From: an uncultured virus (IMG/VR IMGVR_UViG_3300032038_000017)
Taxonomy: Duplodnaviria; Heunggongvirae; Uroviricota; Caudoviricetes
Length of the DNA stretch: 64,000 nt
Reading direction: 5' to 3' (one strand)
IMG/VR virus record: IMGVR_UViG_3300032038_000017
Numbering within the stretch: position 1 is the first letter of the stretch; each line of letters starts with the position of its first letter. Of the stretch, positions 41,009 through 51,193 are shown piece after piece. The notes beneath the pieces were generated by a model. It saw only the letters and a program-made list of their open reading frames with translations, was not told the DNA's origin and did not search any database. The position numbers were made by a program, and so were the translations under genes.

Positions 41009-41150
41009 TGTAAAAATTCCCTATATATAAATTTAGAATTCAAATCAAAATTTAGAAAATTTATACTTAAAATTTCCTACCTACCCCTCATAATATGTAT
41101 AACTGAAAATTCAAAAAAATTCACCTTTTTAAAGAAAATTTGTAAAAATT
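41009..41150. repeat. ~140-bp dispersed direct repeat, copy 2
   Basis: Matches 2995-3137 in the same orientation. Confidence 0.9.
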
Positions 41151-41162
41151 TTTGAGAAATTT

Positions 41163-41663
41163 CTAGGAGTCAGAGGCAACAGAAATCGCTTCACCGTTTA
41201 CATACATTGTATTATCAATAATACCAGTTTTCTTGTCAAGGATAGAAACCTTTATGTTCCATCTACGATTAGGCTTATCCAAATAAACCTTTACGTCATA
41301 GATTTCAAGTTGTGGGAACTTACTTTCCGCCGCAGACTTCAATAAAGCTTCAATTACGGGGCAACTGGCTTCTATAAAAGGTCTTTTTACTACGTTCTTT
41401 GCCAAGAACCCACCTTCACCAGGATTTCTATGGAAATCACCGTCATCCGACATAAGCCAGATTCTAAACTTGTCCCTTAAACAAGCAACACCTTCTATTC
41501 CTACGGTTTGCTCAACATACTGCTTTTTATTACCCTCGTCATCTGTAAAAGTCTTAGTTTGATTAACTATGCCCCTAAAATTTAAGTCAACATAGTCAAC
41601 GTTTTCTTTCATTGAGGAATAGAACGATTTTATTGCTTTTTCAACTCTATTTTCCATCGACAT
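41163..41663 (-). CDS. baseplate wedge protein gp25-like
   Basis: YVDL...WLMS..GDFHRNPGEGG...FPQLEIYDVKV; upstream of the gp6-like gene. Confidence 0.7.
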   Translation of the reverse strand: MSMENRVEKAIKSFYSSMKENVDYVDLNFRGIVNQTKTFTDDEGNKKQYVEQTVGIEGVACLRDKFRIWLMSDDGDFHRNPGEGGFLAKNVVKRPFIEASCPVIEALLKSAAESKFPQLEIYDVKVYLDKPNRRWNIKVSILDKKTGIIDNTMYVNGEAISVASDS

Positions 41664-41678
41664 ATAATCACCTCAAAA

Positions 41679-42530
41679 TTAAATGTAGTAAACAGCCTGA
41701 TGTAAACCGTCCTTACACTTTGAGAACTGACCGTCAGGCTTCATTCCTTCCAGTGTATCTGTAAAGCCAACAATACCAGTATTCCATACTTCATTAGGCT
41801 TTGTCTTCTCATAATCGTCTGCTTTCTGAATAATATCTGCTATTCCACCCAAGAACTCACGTTCGTCTTTTGTAAATGGGTAAAAGTAAATTTCAAGATA
41901 GTTATAAGTATACTTTATTGACGTAACCGGTTCTACTTCTTTACCCCATTCGAGGTCTCCGTCTGGAAGAGACTCTGGAATAAGACCTTTAAATTCAAAT
42001 CTTGCAATAGGAACAGCTTTCTGAATAGGAATAGCTGTTTTTTCGTTCAAGTTTTTGTAATGGAATAGGTATAAAACCATGTTCCTAAACTTACCCTCTT
42101 GACCGACTACCATACAGTCCAAGTATCGGTTATACCAGTGGTTCATCCAGTTCATATGATAACGCTTTACAGACCAGAATGCGTCTTCCAGCCAGTCAAT
42201 AGTTATAACATTCTTATCCTTAGTTCGTCCAGTCGAAACGTAGTTCCAACGAAATGGTGATTCCATTTGTGGACTTATGTCCAAGCCCGGTAACTTAAAG
42301 CCACTTACCTTCTTAATTCTATATTTGATTTTATCTGGACTTCTTGCAGTTACATTGTAACCGTCTGTATCTGATTTACCATTATATGGGTCATAAAACT
42401 GGTCCATCATAAAGAGGTTATTTTGTTGAGGTGGTAAATCATAAATGTAATTATAGCCGTTATACTGGAAGTCTTGTAATTCTTGAAATTCTGAATACGG
42501 CTTAAGATTTGTTGAGTCCGTGCTTATCAT
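41679..42530 (-). CDS. tail-tube-fold baseplate/tube initiator protein (gp48/gp54-like)
   Basis: RIKKVSGFKLPG...ITIDWLEDA...FEFKGLIP aligns by eye with the tube protein at 46773. Confidence 0.55.
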   Translation of the reverse strand: MISTDSTNLKPYSEFQELQDFQYNGYNYIYDLPPQQNNLFMMDQFYDPYNGKSDTDGYNVTARSPDKIKYRIKKVSGFKLPGLDISPQMESPFRWNYVSTGRTKDKNVITIDWLEDAFWSVKRYHMNWMNHWYNRYLDCMVVGQEGKFRNMVLYLFHYKNLNEKTAIPIQKAVPIARFEFKGLIPESLPDGDLEWGKEVEPVTSIKYTYNYLEIYFYPFTKDEREFLGGIADIIQKADDYEKTKPNEVWNTGIVGFTDTLEGMKPDGQFSKCKDGLHQAVYYI

Positions 42531-42541
42531 AGTTAATTAGT

Positions 42542-44803
42542 TTAGTTTGTCAAGTTGTTATCTACCGTAGTAATCCTTCTAAAAATAATGTCTACAGACG
42601 CAGTAGTTTTACTAGCGTCATCACGCTTAAATTGAAGCTTATTAGAAAGACCTAAGATTTTTACGTCTTCTAAAACAAACTGTCTGTAAGAGCGTGGGTC
42701 ACCATAAACTTGTTTTCCATTTCGGTTTTCAACCATGTCATTTTCTGATTGAAGTATCTGGGTAGCTGGCATGTAATTACTCTTGCTAGGAATATCTTCA
42801 TCACGGAAATTAGGATTAACCCGGAAGTCATTATAAGTAACTACCAAGTCCAATCTACCTTTATTTTCTGGTGAGAAATCAACTGGGAATAAATTATGAA
42901 CATACCTATTATGCTCGTCATTATCTTTAATGTATCCAAAATTGCCAGTAAGGATGTTGAAACTTCTAACCAACAAGCCCATTTCGTCAACAGTAAAGTC
43001 AATAGTTATTTTATGGTTTTCCGTAAAATTATTCCCAGGCTTTTTAATGTTTCTATTCAAGAAAGGAACAGAATAAGGCTCAATACTTGCACCAGGAATA
43101 GTTATACCTTGCATACGAACATAATATGTTTTAATTATCTTTTCATAAGCTTCTGTTAGTTGTGTTAATAACTGAGCATTCTGACCTACACGTGCCAAAC
43201 CTAATGTTTTATCTTCTTCATAACCGTTTAACGAAGTTACAAGTTCATTAAAGTTTTGTATTTTACCAATACCATCTGGAATAGTATAAACAAAAATACC
43301 ATGATACATGTTTTGTCTGAAATCTGGTGTTTTTCTAAGCATAGCTTCAACACTTGTGCTATACAGCTTATGATAAAAGTCTTCACGCATCGGATTAGAA
43401 ATACCATAACTACCATTTCTTGCAGAAAGAGGTTTTGAAGAAATGTTAAAGTTTCCCAAGTCAATACTTGGTAAAACCAATGGATTACCTAATGTTCCGA
43501 CATTATACGTTACAAATCCGTATTTATCAAATTCCATTATAACATTGTCTGCGTTACTATTAAAATGACCGTTATTTATTGACGCAACAGACATCTTCTT
43601 TCTCATTTGAGAAAGCTCGTCCATTAACATACCAGCATTGTTAAAACCTTCCTTTTCATCTTCATCAGAAGTAGACGCAAACTTTAATAAACTATTTAAG
43701 CTTTTAGTAAAATCATTTTCCGAAGGAGCTATACCCTTTAGTCCACTTATACTTTCCCGCATAGACAAGCGGTTAAGTTGTTTAACACGCATTTCAATAG
43801 AATTTCTATCTTTTTCGTAAGCCCAGTTAGGAATGTAATATTCCTTAGATGTTCTGTCAACTGCTTTTAAGTTTTCCCAATCAGATTTAGAATATGGGTT
43901 ATTACGTTTACCTTTTGGTCGATTTATTTTCCTATAATTTCCCATTTTTCTGATAATCTTTATAGATTTTTGAAGCTGAATAATCTTTGGCAGGTTTGCA
44001 AGAGAACTGTCCATACGTATGTAATATCCAGAGCTTTCCAAATCTGGCTTTTCTATAAACGACGGATTATCAATAGTAAAGTTTGTCCTTACTATTTCCG
44101 AACTAACATCTATCTTTTCATTATTTGGCTTTACCAAAGCAGCCGAAGACGCTAAAAATAAATCCAAGCCTTCTATTACGTCCGTATTAATGTTTAAGCT
44201 TTTTAAGAGTGCGTCATAAATGTCAAGGCGTTCACCGTGGTCATTTTTCTTGAGATTTTCCAAAATAGCCTTAGCTTGAATAGTCCTTATAGCATTTCTG
44301 TTATCCGTAGCATTTGCAACAAGGCTTGATAAGTCTATCTTATTTTTAGATTTTTTCTTATTCTTATCTTCTGAGCCGTCATTGCTACTTATAAAACTTC
44401 CAAGGGTTTCTTTACTTGCAACACCTGGTTGTGTTTTACCGCCTTTACCACTGCTACTACTATTAGAGCCACCAGAGCCAGAACTTAAAAAGCTACTTAA
44501 TGTTGCTTGAGCAGCTCTTGAAGCACTACTATCTTTAGACGAACTTCCATCAGAGCTACCACCACCGTTTTTCATTGAACTAACAAATGACGAAATTGCA
44601 GAAGACGCGCTAGACCTAGAACTGCTTGTAGAGCCTTTACTTCCAGAACTTGAAGAACTGGAAATAAAGTTAGAAAGAGTCTGGCTCAATGTCATTGTTG
44701 CCCTACTTTCAGTAGAGGCTGAGTCCATTAATTGTCTTTTTCGTTTTGTGGCTTCATCCTGTAATTCAGAAATCGCCGTTCTTTCGTCACTAGCTTGTTT
44801 CAT
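42542..44803 (-). CDS. tail protein with Ser/Gly-rich N-terminus and C-terminal tube-fold domain
   Basis: QNMY...VRMQGITIPG...VPFLN...ITIDFTVDE...LEDVKILG. Confidence 0.6.
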   Translation of the reverse strand: MKQASDERTAISELQDEATKRKRQLMDSASTESRATMTLSQTLSNFISSSSSSGSKGSTSSSRSSASSAISSFVSSMKNGGGSSDGSSSKDSSASRAAQATLSSFLSSGSGGSNSSSSGKGGKTQPGVASKETLGSFISSNDGSEDKNKKKSKNKIDLSSLVANATDNRNAIRTIQAKAILENLKKNDHGERLDIYDALLKSLNINTDVIEGLDLFLASSAALVKPNNEKIDVSSEIVRTNFTIDNPSFIEKPDLESSGYYIRMDSSLANLPKIIQLQKSIKIIRKMGNYRKINRPKGKRNNPYSKSDWENLKAVDRTSKEYYIPNWAYEKDRNSIEMRVKQLNRLSMRESISGLKGIAPSENDFTKSLNSLLKFASTSDEDEKEGFNNAGMLMDELSQMRKKMSVASINNGHFNSNADNVIMEFDKYGFVTYNVGTLGNPLVLPSIDLGNFNISSKPLSARNGSYGISNPMREDFYHKLYSTSVEAMLRKTPDFRQNMYHGIFVYTIPDGIGKIQNFNELVTSLNGYEEDKTLGLARVGQNAQLLTQLTEAYEKIIKTYYVRMQGITIPGASIEPYSVPFLNRNIKKPGNNFTENHKITIDFTVDEMGLLVRSFNILTGNFGYIKDNDEHNRYVHNLFPVDFSPENKGRLDLVVTYNDFRVNPNFRDEDIPSKSNYMPATQILQSENDMVENRNGKQVYGDPRSYRQFVLEDVKILGLSNKLQFKRDDASKTTASVDIIFRRITTVDNNLTN

Positions 44804-44806
44804 TTA

Positions 44807-46714
44807 TTATTTTTCTTCGTCCTTTTCTGTTATTGAAGTTTCGTCATACATTTGACCATTCAAGTTCTTTCCGTTAAACAAGGAACTTCTACTTATGCCT
44901 TGTGTTATTGCGAATGGTAAATTATCCGGCTTATAATACGTTTCAAGTCGTCTAGCTATAAATCCAGCCTCTACAGTCTGGGAAGAATCACTTTCTGTAG
45001 CAAACTTTATGTCACTGCCACCCAAGAACCTAACATCCTTGAATACGTATAAAATGTTACTAAAAAATCCACCACCACCCGGATTAACGGTTTTATCATT
45101 ATACATACCTAATCCATGTGATGAAACTACTATGTCAACAGAAGACATTTGAAATCCCAATTTTGCAGGAGCCATAAATGGGAAATGACTTACGTGGTCA
45201 AACATGTCTTTCTTTATAGGTTCTAACTCTGTTTTCTTACCATTACGGAATACGCCGTCCCTTTGAAGCCCAGCTAACGCTAGGAACATATCATTTACGT
45301 ATGTATTAGCGTCACAATCTACACTTAGAGTTCCTTGTAAATCATACTCTACCATACCACTAGGTCTTTCAACCTTTGTATTTAAAAACGGTACGCTTGT
45401 TGAGCCCCTATTAACAAAAGGAATATCTACGGTTGCCGTTCTTACACTCATAGAATAAACGTCTTGGAAGGTAGATTGGTATACATAGCTTGACTTTTGT
45501 GTAGCCTTGCCTTTTTTATCTGCAATAAGAACTGGACAAAAAAAGATGTATTTTGTTGGGTCAGAAACGTCTGCCGGTTTTTCTGCACTGTCCCTTGGGA
45601 AGGTAGGAGTATTATTAAAGCGTAGATAAACATCAAACATATTTGAATACAAATCTGGTCCGGCTAAAAGCAAATCACGAACAAACGGATTATTCTTTTC
45701 ACGTGCTTTGTTTTCACTACTTGCAGAATCTGGCTTACTTACTCTTAATGCAAGGTCATCCTTTACCTTAAAGTCCATTCCTTTCTTTTTGAAGTAAGAG
45801 TCTTCCTCGTAAGAATAACCCTTTTGTTTTACACGTTTTACCCTTCTAAGCTTTGAAATGTATGTTACAGAAAGCTTAGATAAGCTTACTGGGTCAAGTT
45901 TACCATAAGAAGGTTTCTGCTTAATGTTTTTTCCGTATCTGTAGACAACAAAATTAAAGCGAAAGTTAGAGCCACTGGAATTGTCATTTTGTATCATGTA
46001 TTCAAGCCAATTTTCTGAGGCTTCGTTCATGTTATCACCGTTTACGCTTTTAATACTGTCACGCTCTGCTTCTTCATCTGCTTCGGCTTCTGATGCTTCT
46101 TTTATTTCTTTAAGCCACTCGCTAGAAATTTCCGTCATAATGTCGCCAGTATTAGCACTTTTTATACCATTTTCTGGTTCACGGTTTACTTCCTTTAGCT
46201 CGTCAAGATGTAATTCCGCATCTGTTTTTCCACCACTACCAAAACCAAATAACTCTGAAATTGCGTCTTTTGCAGTATTGAAGTTTTTCTTTATGTCTTC
46301 TACAAGCTTTGCACCGTCCAAAAATGCTTTAACTGGAGCAAAACTTTGCAAGTCTTTTACAATGCCCTCATTAGTTTTATCTATCTGACGGTTGATTTCT
46401 GTCAGTGTCTTATCAAAAATTACTTGGTTATAATTTGAAGTAGTAATAACTTTTTGTTCCGAGAGAGAAATGGCTTTATTTGCAACTTTATTATTGACTA
46501 TCATAGATTTTTTCAAAAGGTCTGGATAGTCGGCTTCTACTTCTTTACGTGTCATTGGCTTAGAAGCAGCTTGCAAAATTTCGAGACTAGTTTTGGGTTT
46601 TTTACTTTTAGTTTCTACTACGAGCTCTTTTAATGCGTCTTTTACACTTTGGTCTGAGCTTTTTTTAAGCACATCCAAAGACGCAAGATAGCTCGAAACG
46701 TTCTCATCAGCCAT
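44807..46714 (-). CDS. tail protein with C-terminal tube-fold domain
   Basis: SNMFDV...SVRTATVDIP...VPFLN...LSVDCDA...FKDVRFLG. Confidence 0.6.
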   Translation of the reverse strand: MADENVSSYLASLDVLKKSSDQSVKDALKELVVETKSKKPKTSLEILQAASKPMTRKEVEADYPDLLKKSMIVNNKVANKAISLSEQKVITTSNYNQVIFDKTLTEINRQIDKTNEGIVKDLQSFAPVKAFLDGAKLVEDIKKNFNTAKDAISELFGFGSGGKTDAELHLDELKEVNREPENGIKSANTGDIMTEISSEWLKEIKEASEAEADEEAERDSIKSVNGDNMNEASENWLEYMIQNDNSSGSNFRFNFVVYRYGKNIKQKPSYGKLDPVSLSKLSVTYISKLRRVKRVKQKGYSYEEDSYFKKKGMDFKVKDDLALRVSKPDSASSENKAREKNNPFVRDLLLAGPDLYSNMFDVYLRFNNTPTFPRDSAEKPADVSDPTKYIFFCPVLIADKKGKATQKSSYVYQSTFQDVYSMSVRTATVDIPFVNRGSTSVPFLNTKVERPSGMVEYDLQGTLSVDCDANTYVNDMFLALAGLQRDGVFRNGKKTELEPIKKDMFDHVSHFPFMAPAKLGFQMSSVDIVVSSHGLGMYNDKTVNPGGGGFFSNILYVFKDVRFLGGSDIKFATESDSSQTVEAGFIARRLETYYKPDNLPFAITQGISRSSLFNGKNLNGQMYDETSITEKDEEK

Positions 46715-46722
46715 ATAAAATT

Positions 46723-46750
46723 AGTGGGGCTTTTTCGAGCCCCACTTTTT
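46723..46750. terminator. GC-rich hairpin after the tail tube gene
   Basis: AGTGGGGCT...AGCCCCACT; overlaps the CTAATT motif of the next gene. Confidence 0.65.
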
Positions 46751-46772
46751 AGTAAAAACTGATAATTTAAGT

Positions 46773-47399
46773 TTAGTTTGCTGTGAAACCACCAGTTCCA
46801 AGACCGTTGATTGCACCACCTGCATAGAATGGATAATCACAATCCCCGAATACGAAGTCAACGCCGTATGTCAAATATCCACCATCACTGCCGTCGAACT
46901 TTGGCTGTCCTACTTTTGCTACCCATACGTCATAGAATGTCCATTCTGCGTTGTCCGTAGAATTTGCAATTGCGTATGTAGAAGCAGTATCAATATAAGT
47001 GTTTACAGATGTTGCTGCGTATGTACCAGTCAATGCCTGGACACGTACCTTACCAGTAGAGTTTGCCCAGTTTGCAACACCACCGTTTACTGGGTCTGCA
47101 ACTGTCTGATGCCAAGTGATGAACTGTTGATACAAAGAATAAGAAGCGTCCAAACGGAACTCCAAGCTGAACTTGCGTTCAAACTCGATGGAAGTCTTAG
47201 GAACGTTTACTGTTGTTCCGTGATATTTTCGTTCATCCATACCAACATTAGCTTCTTTAACTTCAAAGTTCTGTGCACGTGTAGAAAGAACTACTTCGTC
47301 GTTAGGATTCCAAGGAAATGTTACCCAAACGTCAAACATGTTCTTTTGTGCGTCTGCACCTGAGGCTAACATTGCTTGAACTGCTGAATTATTTGCCAT
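46773..47399 (-). CDS. major tail tube protein (T4 gp19-like)
   Basis: 208 aa; NMFDV, FSLEFRLD..Y.LY..F..W, WTFYDVW...VDFVF; strong SD, own promoter motif and terminator. Confidence 0.75.
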   Translation of the reverse strand: MANNSAVQAMLASGADAQKNMFDVWVTFPWNPNDEVVLSTRAQNFEVKEANVGMDERKYHGTTVNVPKTSIEFERKFSLEFRLDASYSLYQQFITWHQTVADPVNGGVANWANSTGKVRVQALTGTYAATSVNTYIDTASTYAIANSTDNAEWTFYDVWVAKVGQPKFDGSDGGYLTYGVDFVFGDCDYPFYAGGAINGLGTGGFTAN

Positions 47400-47513
47400 T
47401 TTATAATCTCCTTAAGAAGTGTATTTAAGATATCTTATTTAATTAGTGGAGTTGAATCTGTGAGACGTTGCTAAAATAGCTAATTAAATAAATAATTAAG
47501 GAGGAATAACTTA

Positions 47514-48341
47514 ATGACTGAAAAAAACGGAATCGTTACATTTGAGTGTGATAAAGACAATAAAGGTAACGAAATTTTGAACTCTTCTCAAAGAAATAAT
47601 GAACTTGTATTTCCAGACCCTAAAAAATACCCAAAAGCACAGTACACAACAAATTGGAAGAACATGTGTAATGTTACAAGCTACATAATGTTCCTTGAAT
47701 ATTCCGGGGCAAAATTTCCAAGCGGTAAATTTAATCAACCAGAAGATAACCTTGGCTATTTTATTTTGACAGATAAACGAATCTTGGAAAAATACAAAAA
47801 AAGTCAGCCAGTTCTTTATAATGCGTGGCAGAAAACGTTCATTGGAACGGCTACAAAAACAGACCTTGAGAACGCTTACCCACCAACAGAACTGCACGAT
47901 TACCTTTCTATGGGTGCAAATCTCTGGCTTGGATATGAAGCTTCCGGATTTTCTACCAACGTAAACTTCAAGAAAAAGCTGTGGGAAGAAATGGTTGAAA
48001 ATGATAACCCACTTGTTATTTCTACTACTTTTGGTGGCTTTGGACATATTGTTTGTGTAACTGGCGTTCAGTATAATAAAAACGATTACGAAGCTATCAA
48101 GGCTACTAAACTTACTGGTGGAAATGTAGACGCAATGATAGATTCAGTAACACCCGTCGGAATTATTATAGACGACCCTTGGGGGAAATATAACCCTAAG
48201 ACAAATAAATACGACGCACCTAATGGTGGAAACGACATAGTTATACCTTGGGACGTAGTAGTTGCAAGAGTTAAGCCTGCAAACAGTAAATCTGTAAAAT
48301 GGGCACACTTTATTAAGAATAAAGGAATGGCTACGGTTTAA
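47514..48341 (+). CDS. C39-like cysteine peptidase (candidate endolysin)
   Basis: SQRNN...CNVTS...GHIVCVTG...IIDDPWG gives the Q/C/H/D catalytic set; late-type promoter motif, AGGAGG SD. Confidence 0.8.
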   Translation: MTEKNGIVTFECDKDNKGNEILNSSQRNNELVFPDPKKYPKAQYTTNWKNMCNVTSYIMFLEYSGAKFPSGKFNQPEDNLGYFILTDKRILEKYKKSQPVLYNAWQKTFIGTATKTDLENAYPPTELHDYLSMGANLWLGYEASGFSTNVNFKKKLWEEMVENDNPLVISTTFGGFGHIVCVTGVQYNKNDYEAIKATKLTGGNVDAMIDSVTPVGIIIDDPWGKYNPKTNKYDAPNGGNDIVIPWDVVVARVKPANSKSVKWAHFIKNKGMATV

Positions 48342-48347
48342 AATAAG

Positions 48348-48379
48348 AAAGGCTCGTATTTATTACGAGCCTATTTTTT
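48348..48379. terminator. bidirectional terminator
   Basis: AGGCTCGTA-TTTAT-TACGAGCCT plus T-run. Confidence 0.8.
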
Positions 48380-49046
48380 ATTTGTTTGTAAAAACTAAAA
48401 TACCTAACTGGTCATCTTTTTTTACTATTTTTACCAAGAAATGCTCGGACTCGGAAGTTGCGAGTTCCCCGTCTTCGTCAACACCATTTGAAACACTTTT
48501 GCAAGCTTTCTCTACTGCGTCTTCCATATCTCCACGGAGTTCTGCAACACAATAAAATAAGGAAATCCCTAGCTTGTTAGACAAATCTTCTAAATTAATT
48601 TTTTCCATAGCGTTGTCTACTAAAACTTGGTTAATTTGCTTGATTCGCTCTGGTATCTCTTGCTCTTCTGGTTCGACTATTTTTGGTTCATGTTCTTTTA
48701 ACGTACTTTCTATTTTTTCTTTTGACTTTTTAAGGTCAATTAAAGCATTTAACAATCTTCCTTCAATTTCTTCCGAACAATTTGCCAATGCGTCATGGTA
48801 TACCCGCATCTTTGCATTTATACCGTCAAGCCTTATTCTTAAAAATTCGTTAGTGTCCTTTGGGCGTTTTGCTTCCGATAACTCCTTATCAAGGTTAGCA
48901 ATTACAAAGTCTGCTGAGGATATTTCTTTAGAAATCCAATCGTCTATTTTTTCGTCTTTCCCTTGTAGCTTAGAAATTGAATCTAACGTAGAACGAAATA
49001 GTTTAAAAGCAGCTAATGTTTTTTCAATCTTTTCAATGTTTCTCAT
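48378..49046 (-). CDS. hypothetical coiled-coil protein
   Basis: 222-aa ORF. Confidence 0.7.
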   Translation of the reverse strand: MRNIEKIEKTLAAFKLFRSTLDSISKLQGKDEKIDDWISKEISSADFVIANLDKELSEAKRPKDTNEFLRIRLDGINAKMRVYHDALANCSEEIEGRLLNALIDLKKSKEKIESTLKEHEPKIVEPEEQEIPERIKQINQVLVDNAMEKINLEDLSNKLGISLFYCVAELRGDMEDAVEKACKSVSNGVDEDGELATSESEHFLVKIVKKDDQLGILVFTNK

Positions 49047-49061
49047 TATGTATTAATGTCC

Positions 49062-49883
49062 TTACAAATGGTAGTTTGAAGGCTTGGCAACAGCTCTTTC
49101 AATCTCATTACGCTCAATGTCTGTAATACCAAACTTTTTACATAGGTCTTCTTCAGTCCAAGGGTGTGTATAGTCGTCCAAAAATGGAATACAGTCTGGA
49201 TGAACGTGCATATCAACCTTTGACACACTATTTACGGCAATGTAAAATGGCGTTTTCAAGCTGTCAAGAAAGTTTTTAGCTTCGTTATAACTATTAAATC
49301 TGACATGCTCAATTACACCACGGTCTTGTGCAGTAGCACTACGTCGTTCCTGGAAACTCTTACCGTCTTCTGCAATACCATTTGTATAAACACAGTCTTG
49401 GTTAGACGTAACCAACTTAGACATCTTTGCGTTATCTGCGCCACCACCACCACCAATAAGGGAGAATACTACGGCGTAATCTTTAAGAACGTCTATGTGC
49501 ATTACATCCTTTACTGACTTGTTAATGTTTTTGATTACTTTATTGTAGATGGATTCCATTACAACCGGGTCAAAATCAAAAGACCTCATAGCAAACTTGT
49601 TTATTTCGTTTACTTTCTTAGTATTTTCCTTAAGGGTTGAAATAACTAGGTCGCCGGAAATGTCCATACCACAAAATAGAACTTTGGTATTTTCCCTTAC
49701 AAGCTGTATTTCTTTAATATAACCATCAAAATGGCGTAGTTCTTTTGGGCTAGTTAAAGACTGAATCCACCTTGCAGGATGAAGAAATACGGTTTCGTCT
49801 GCTTTTTTGAAGCAGAAATTCAAGATTTTAAGATGTAAGTCTTTTTCATAGGGTGGATTACCGTAAATATACTCTATTTTCAT
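49062..49883 (-). CDS. N6-adenine DNA methyltransferase C-terminal half (NPPY plus target-recognition region; Eco57I/TaqI-like)
   Basis: Starts MKIEYIYGNPPY; LH, P.RW, and C-terminal D..WT.EDLCKKFGIT..E; no SAM-binding motif I. Confidence 0.75.
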   Translation of the reverse strand: MKIEYIYGNPPYEKDLHLKILNFCFKKADETVFLHPARWIQSLTSPKELRHFDGYIKEIQLVRENTKVLFCGMDISGDLVISTLKENTKKVNEINKFAMRSFDFDPVVMESIYNKVIKNINKSVKDVMHIDVLKDYAVVFSLIGGGGGADNAKMSKLVTSNQDCVYTNGIAEDGKSFQERRSATAQDRGVIEHVRFNSYNEAKNFLDSLKTPFYIAVNSVSKVDMHVHPDCIPFLDDYTHPWTEEDLCKKFGITDIERNEIERAVAKPSNYHL

Positions 49884-49893
49884 GTATAGTATA

Positions 49894-50289
49894 TTAATAA
49901 TTATTATCTACAACCCTACCTTTGTACAAAATAGTAAAAGAATACATTTTTCGACCAACATTTGCCTTTCTTTGATTTATAGGTGGTCGGTATGGCAGTT
50001 CTTGAAAGTATTTTGTAAGATAAAAGAACTGTTCACTTTCAATGCTTGCAAGAGTTTCCTCACTAGGTAAACCACTATAAAAATAGACTTCAACCTTTAT
50101 TTCAAAGTAGAGCTTATAGTAGCACGCTACAACGTAATAACCTTGCTCTTGGTTAGAATACCGAATTACAGTTGTGTTATCGGTGTCCTTAACCGTTTCA
50201 TAAGTTACTGGACTTGCTATACAAAAAGAGAAAGATAGAAATAAACAACAAAGCATACGCTTTAATAATTTATAATGTCTCTGAATCAT
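49894..50289 (-). CDS. putative exported protein
   Basis: Basic N-terminus plus hydrophobic signal-like segment; overlaps the upstream gene. Confidence 0.6.
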   Translation of the reverse strand: MIQRHYKLLKRMLCCLFLSFSFCIASPVTYETVKDTDNTTVIRYSNQEQGYYVVACYYKLYFEIKVEVYFYSGLPSEETLASIESEQFFYLTKYFQELPYRPPINQRKANVGRKMYSFTILYKGRVVDNNY

Positions 50290-51193
50290 AATTTTTTACC
50301 AACATTAAAAAGTCTTCAAACTTTGAGTCACTTGGCAATATTTGTTCTAGTTTAGGGTTGGCTTTTATAATCTTATTGATAAGCCTTGCATTATATAATC
50401 TTCTAGCACCTTGTAAACGATACGACTTTGAAATTAGGAATCTTAGATAGTCAGTATCATTTCGTTCTCTCGAACAATAATGCATGACATTATTTATCTC
50501 GAAAATTATACCGAAAATTGGCATTATAAATATGATAACCAACATAATTTCGTCGATTGAATCGATGTTATTGTCCAGTGTAATCATTGCATATAAAATA
50601 ATAGGAACGTCAGTCAGTGTGTCCAACAATAATGTTTTATGACCCCTCTTCTCCAAAGCATCAAAAGTTACAATGAATAGGTAGCACATTAAAGAATAAA
50701 GTGCCGGCATAGAATGCAAAAAAGCGTGTTCCCTAATTCCACAACCTGCACCAATAACATAGCATGCATACTTTAGTCTTGATGCACAAGGGTCAATTGG
50801 AACTTGCAGCCTTGTAAGATAAAAAACCTCTACTATGGTAGTTACATAAAATCCTATGGTTATAATTATGTAGAAGAGGTTTTTAAGCTTCTTTGGGAAG
50901 AATAAAGATTTATACCCAAGAAGTCTGAAAGCTGCCATGAAGTAAAACATAAAAGATATGTAGGTTCGAAACAAATATACGTCTGTATAAGAGCTTTCTT
51001 TTCTAAACAAGAAAGAGAATAACTCTACATTTATCAGTACCAAAAATACCATGCATTGCGAAAGGGTGCAGACCCTTAAATCTGCACCATCAATAATGTA
51101 AGTATAAATTGCTTTAATGTATGTTGAGAATACATAGATACTAACTGCCAAAAATGTAACGGCAAAAGCGACATATAAGTAATTACTAATCAT
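50270..51193 (-). CDS. multi-pass (~7 TM) membrane protein
   Basis: About seven hydrophobic segments and a basic C-terminal tail. Confidence 0.7.
   Translation of the reverse strand: MISNYLYVAFAVTFLAVSIYVFSTYIKAIYTYIIDGADLRVCTLSQCMVFLVLINVELFSFLFRKESSYTDVYLFRTYISFMFYFMAAFRLLGYKSLFFPKKLKNLFYIIITIGFYVTTIVEVFYLTRLQVPIDPCASRLKYACYVIGAGCGIREHAFLHSMPALYSLMCYLFIVTFDALEKRGHKTLLLDTLTDVPIILYAMITLDNNIDSIDEIMLVIIFIMPIFGIIFEINNVMHYCSRERNDTDYLRFLISKSYRLQGARRLYNARLINKIIKANPKLEQILPSDSKFEDFLMLVKNYDSETL

Noticed and set aside
44390..44710. Repeat-like Ser/Gly-rich stretch
   Set aside because: Low-complexity protein linker with loose TLSSF[IL]SS repeats and no true nucleotide repeat.
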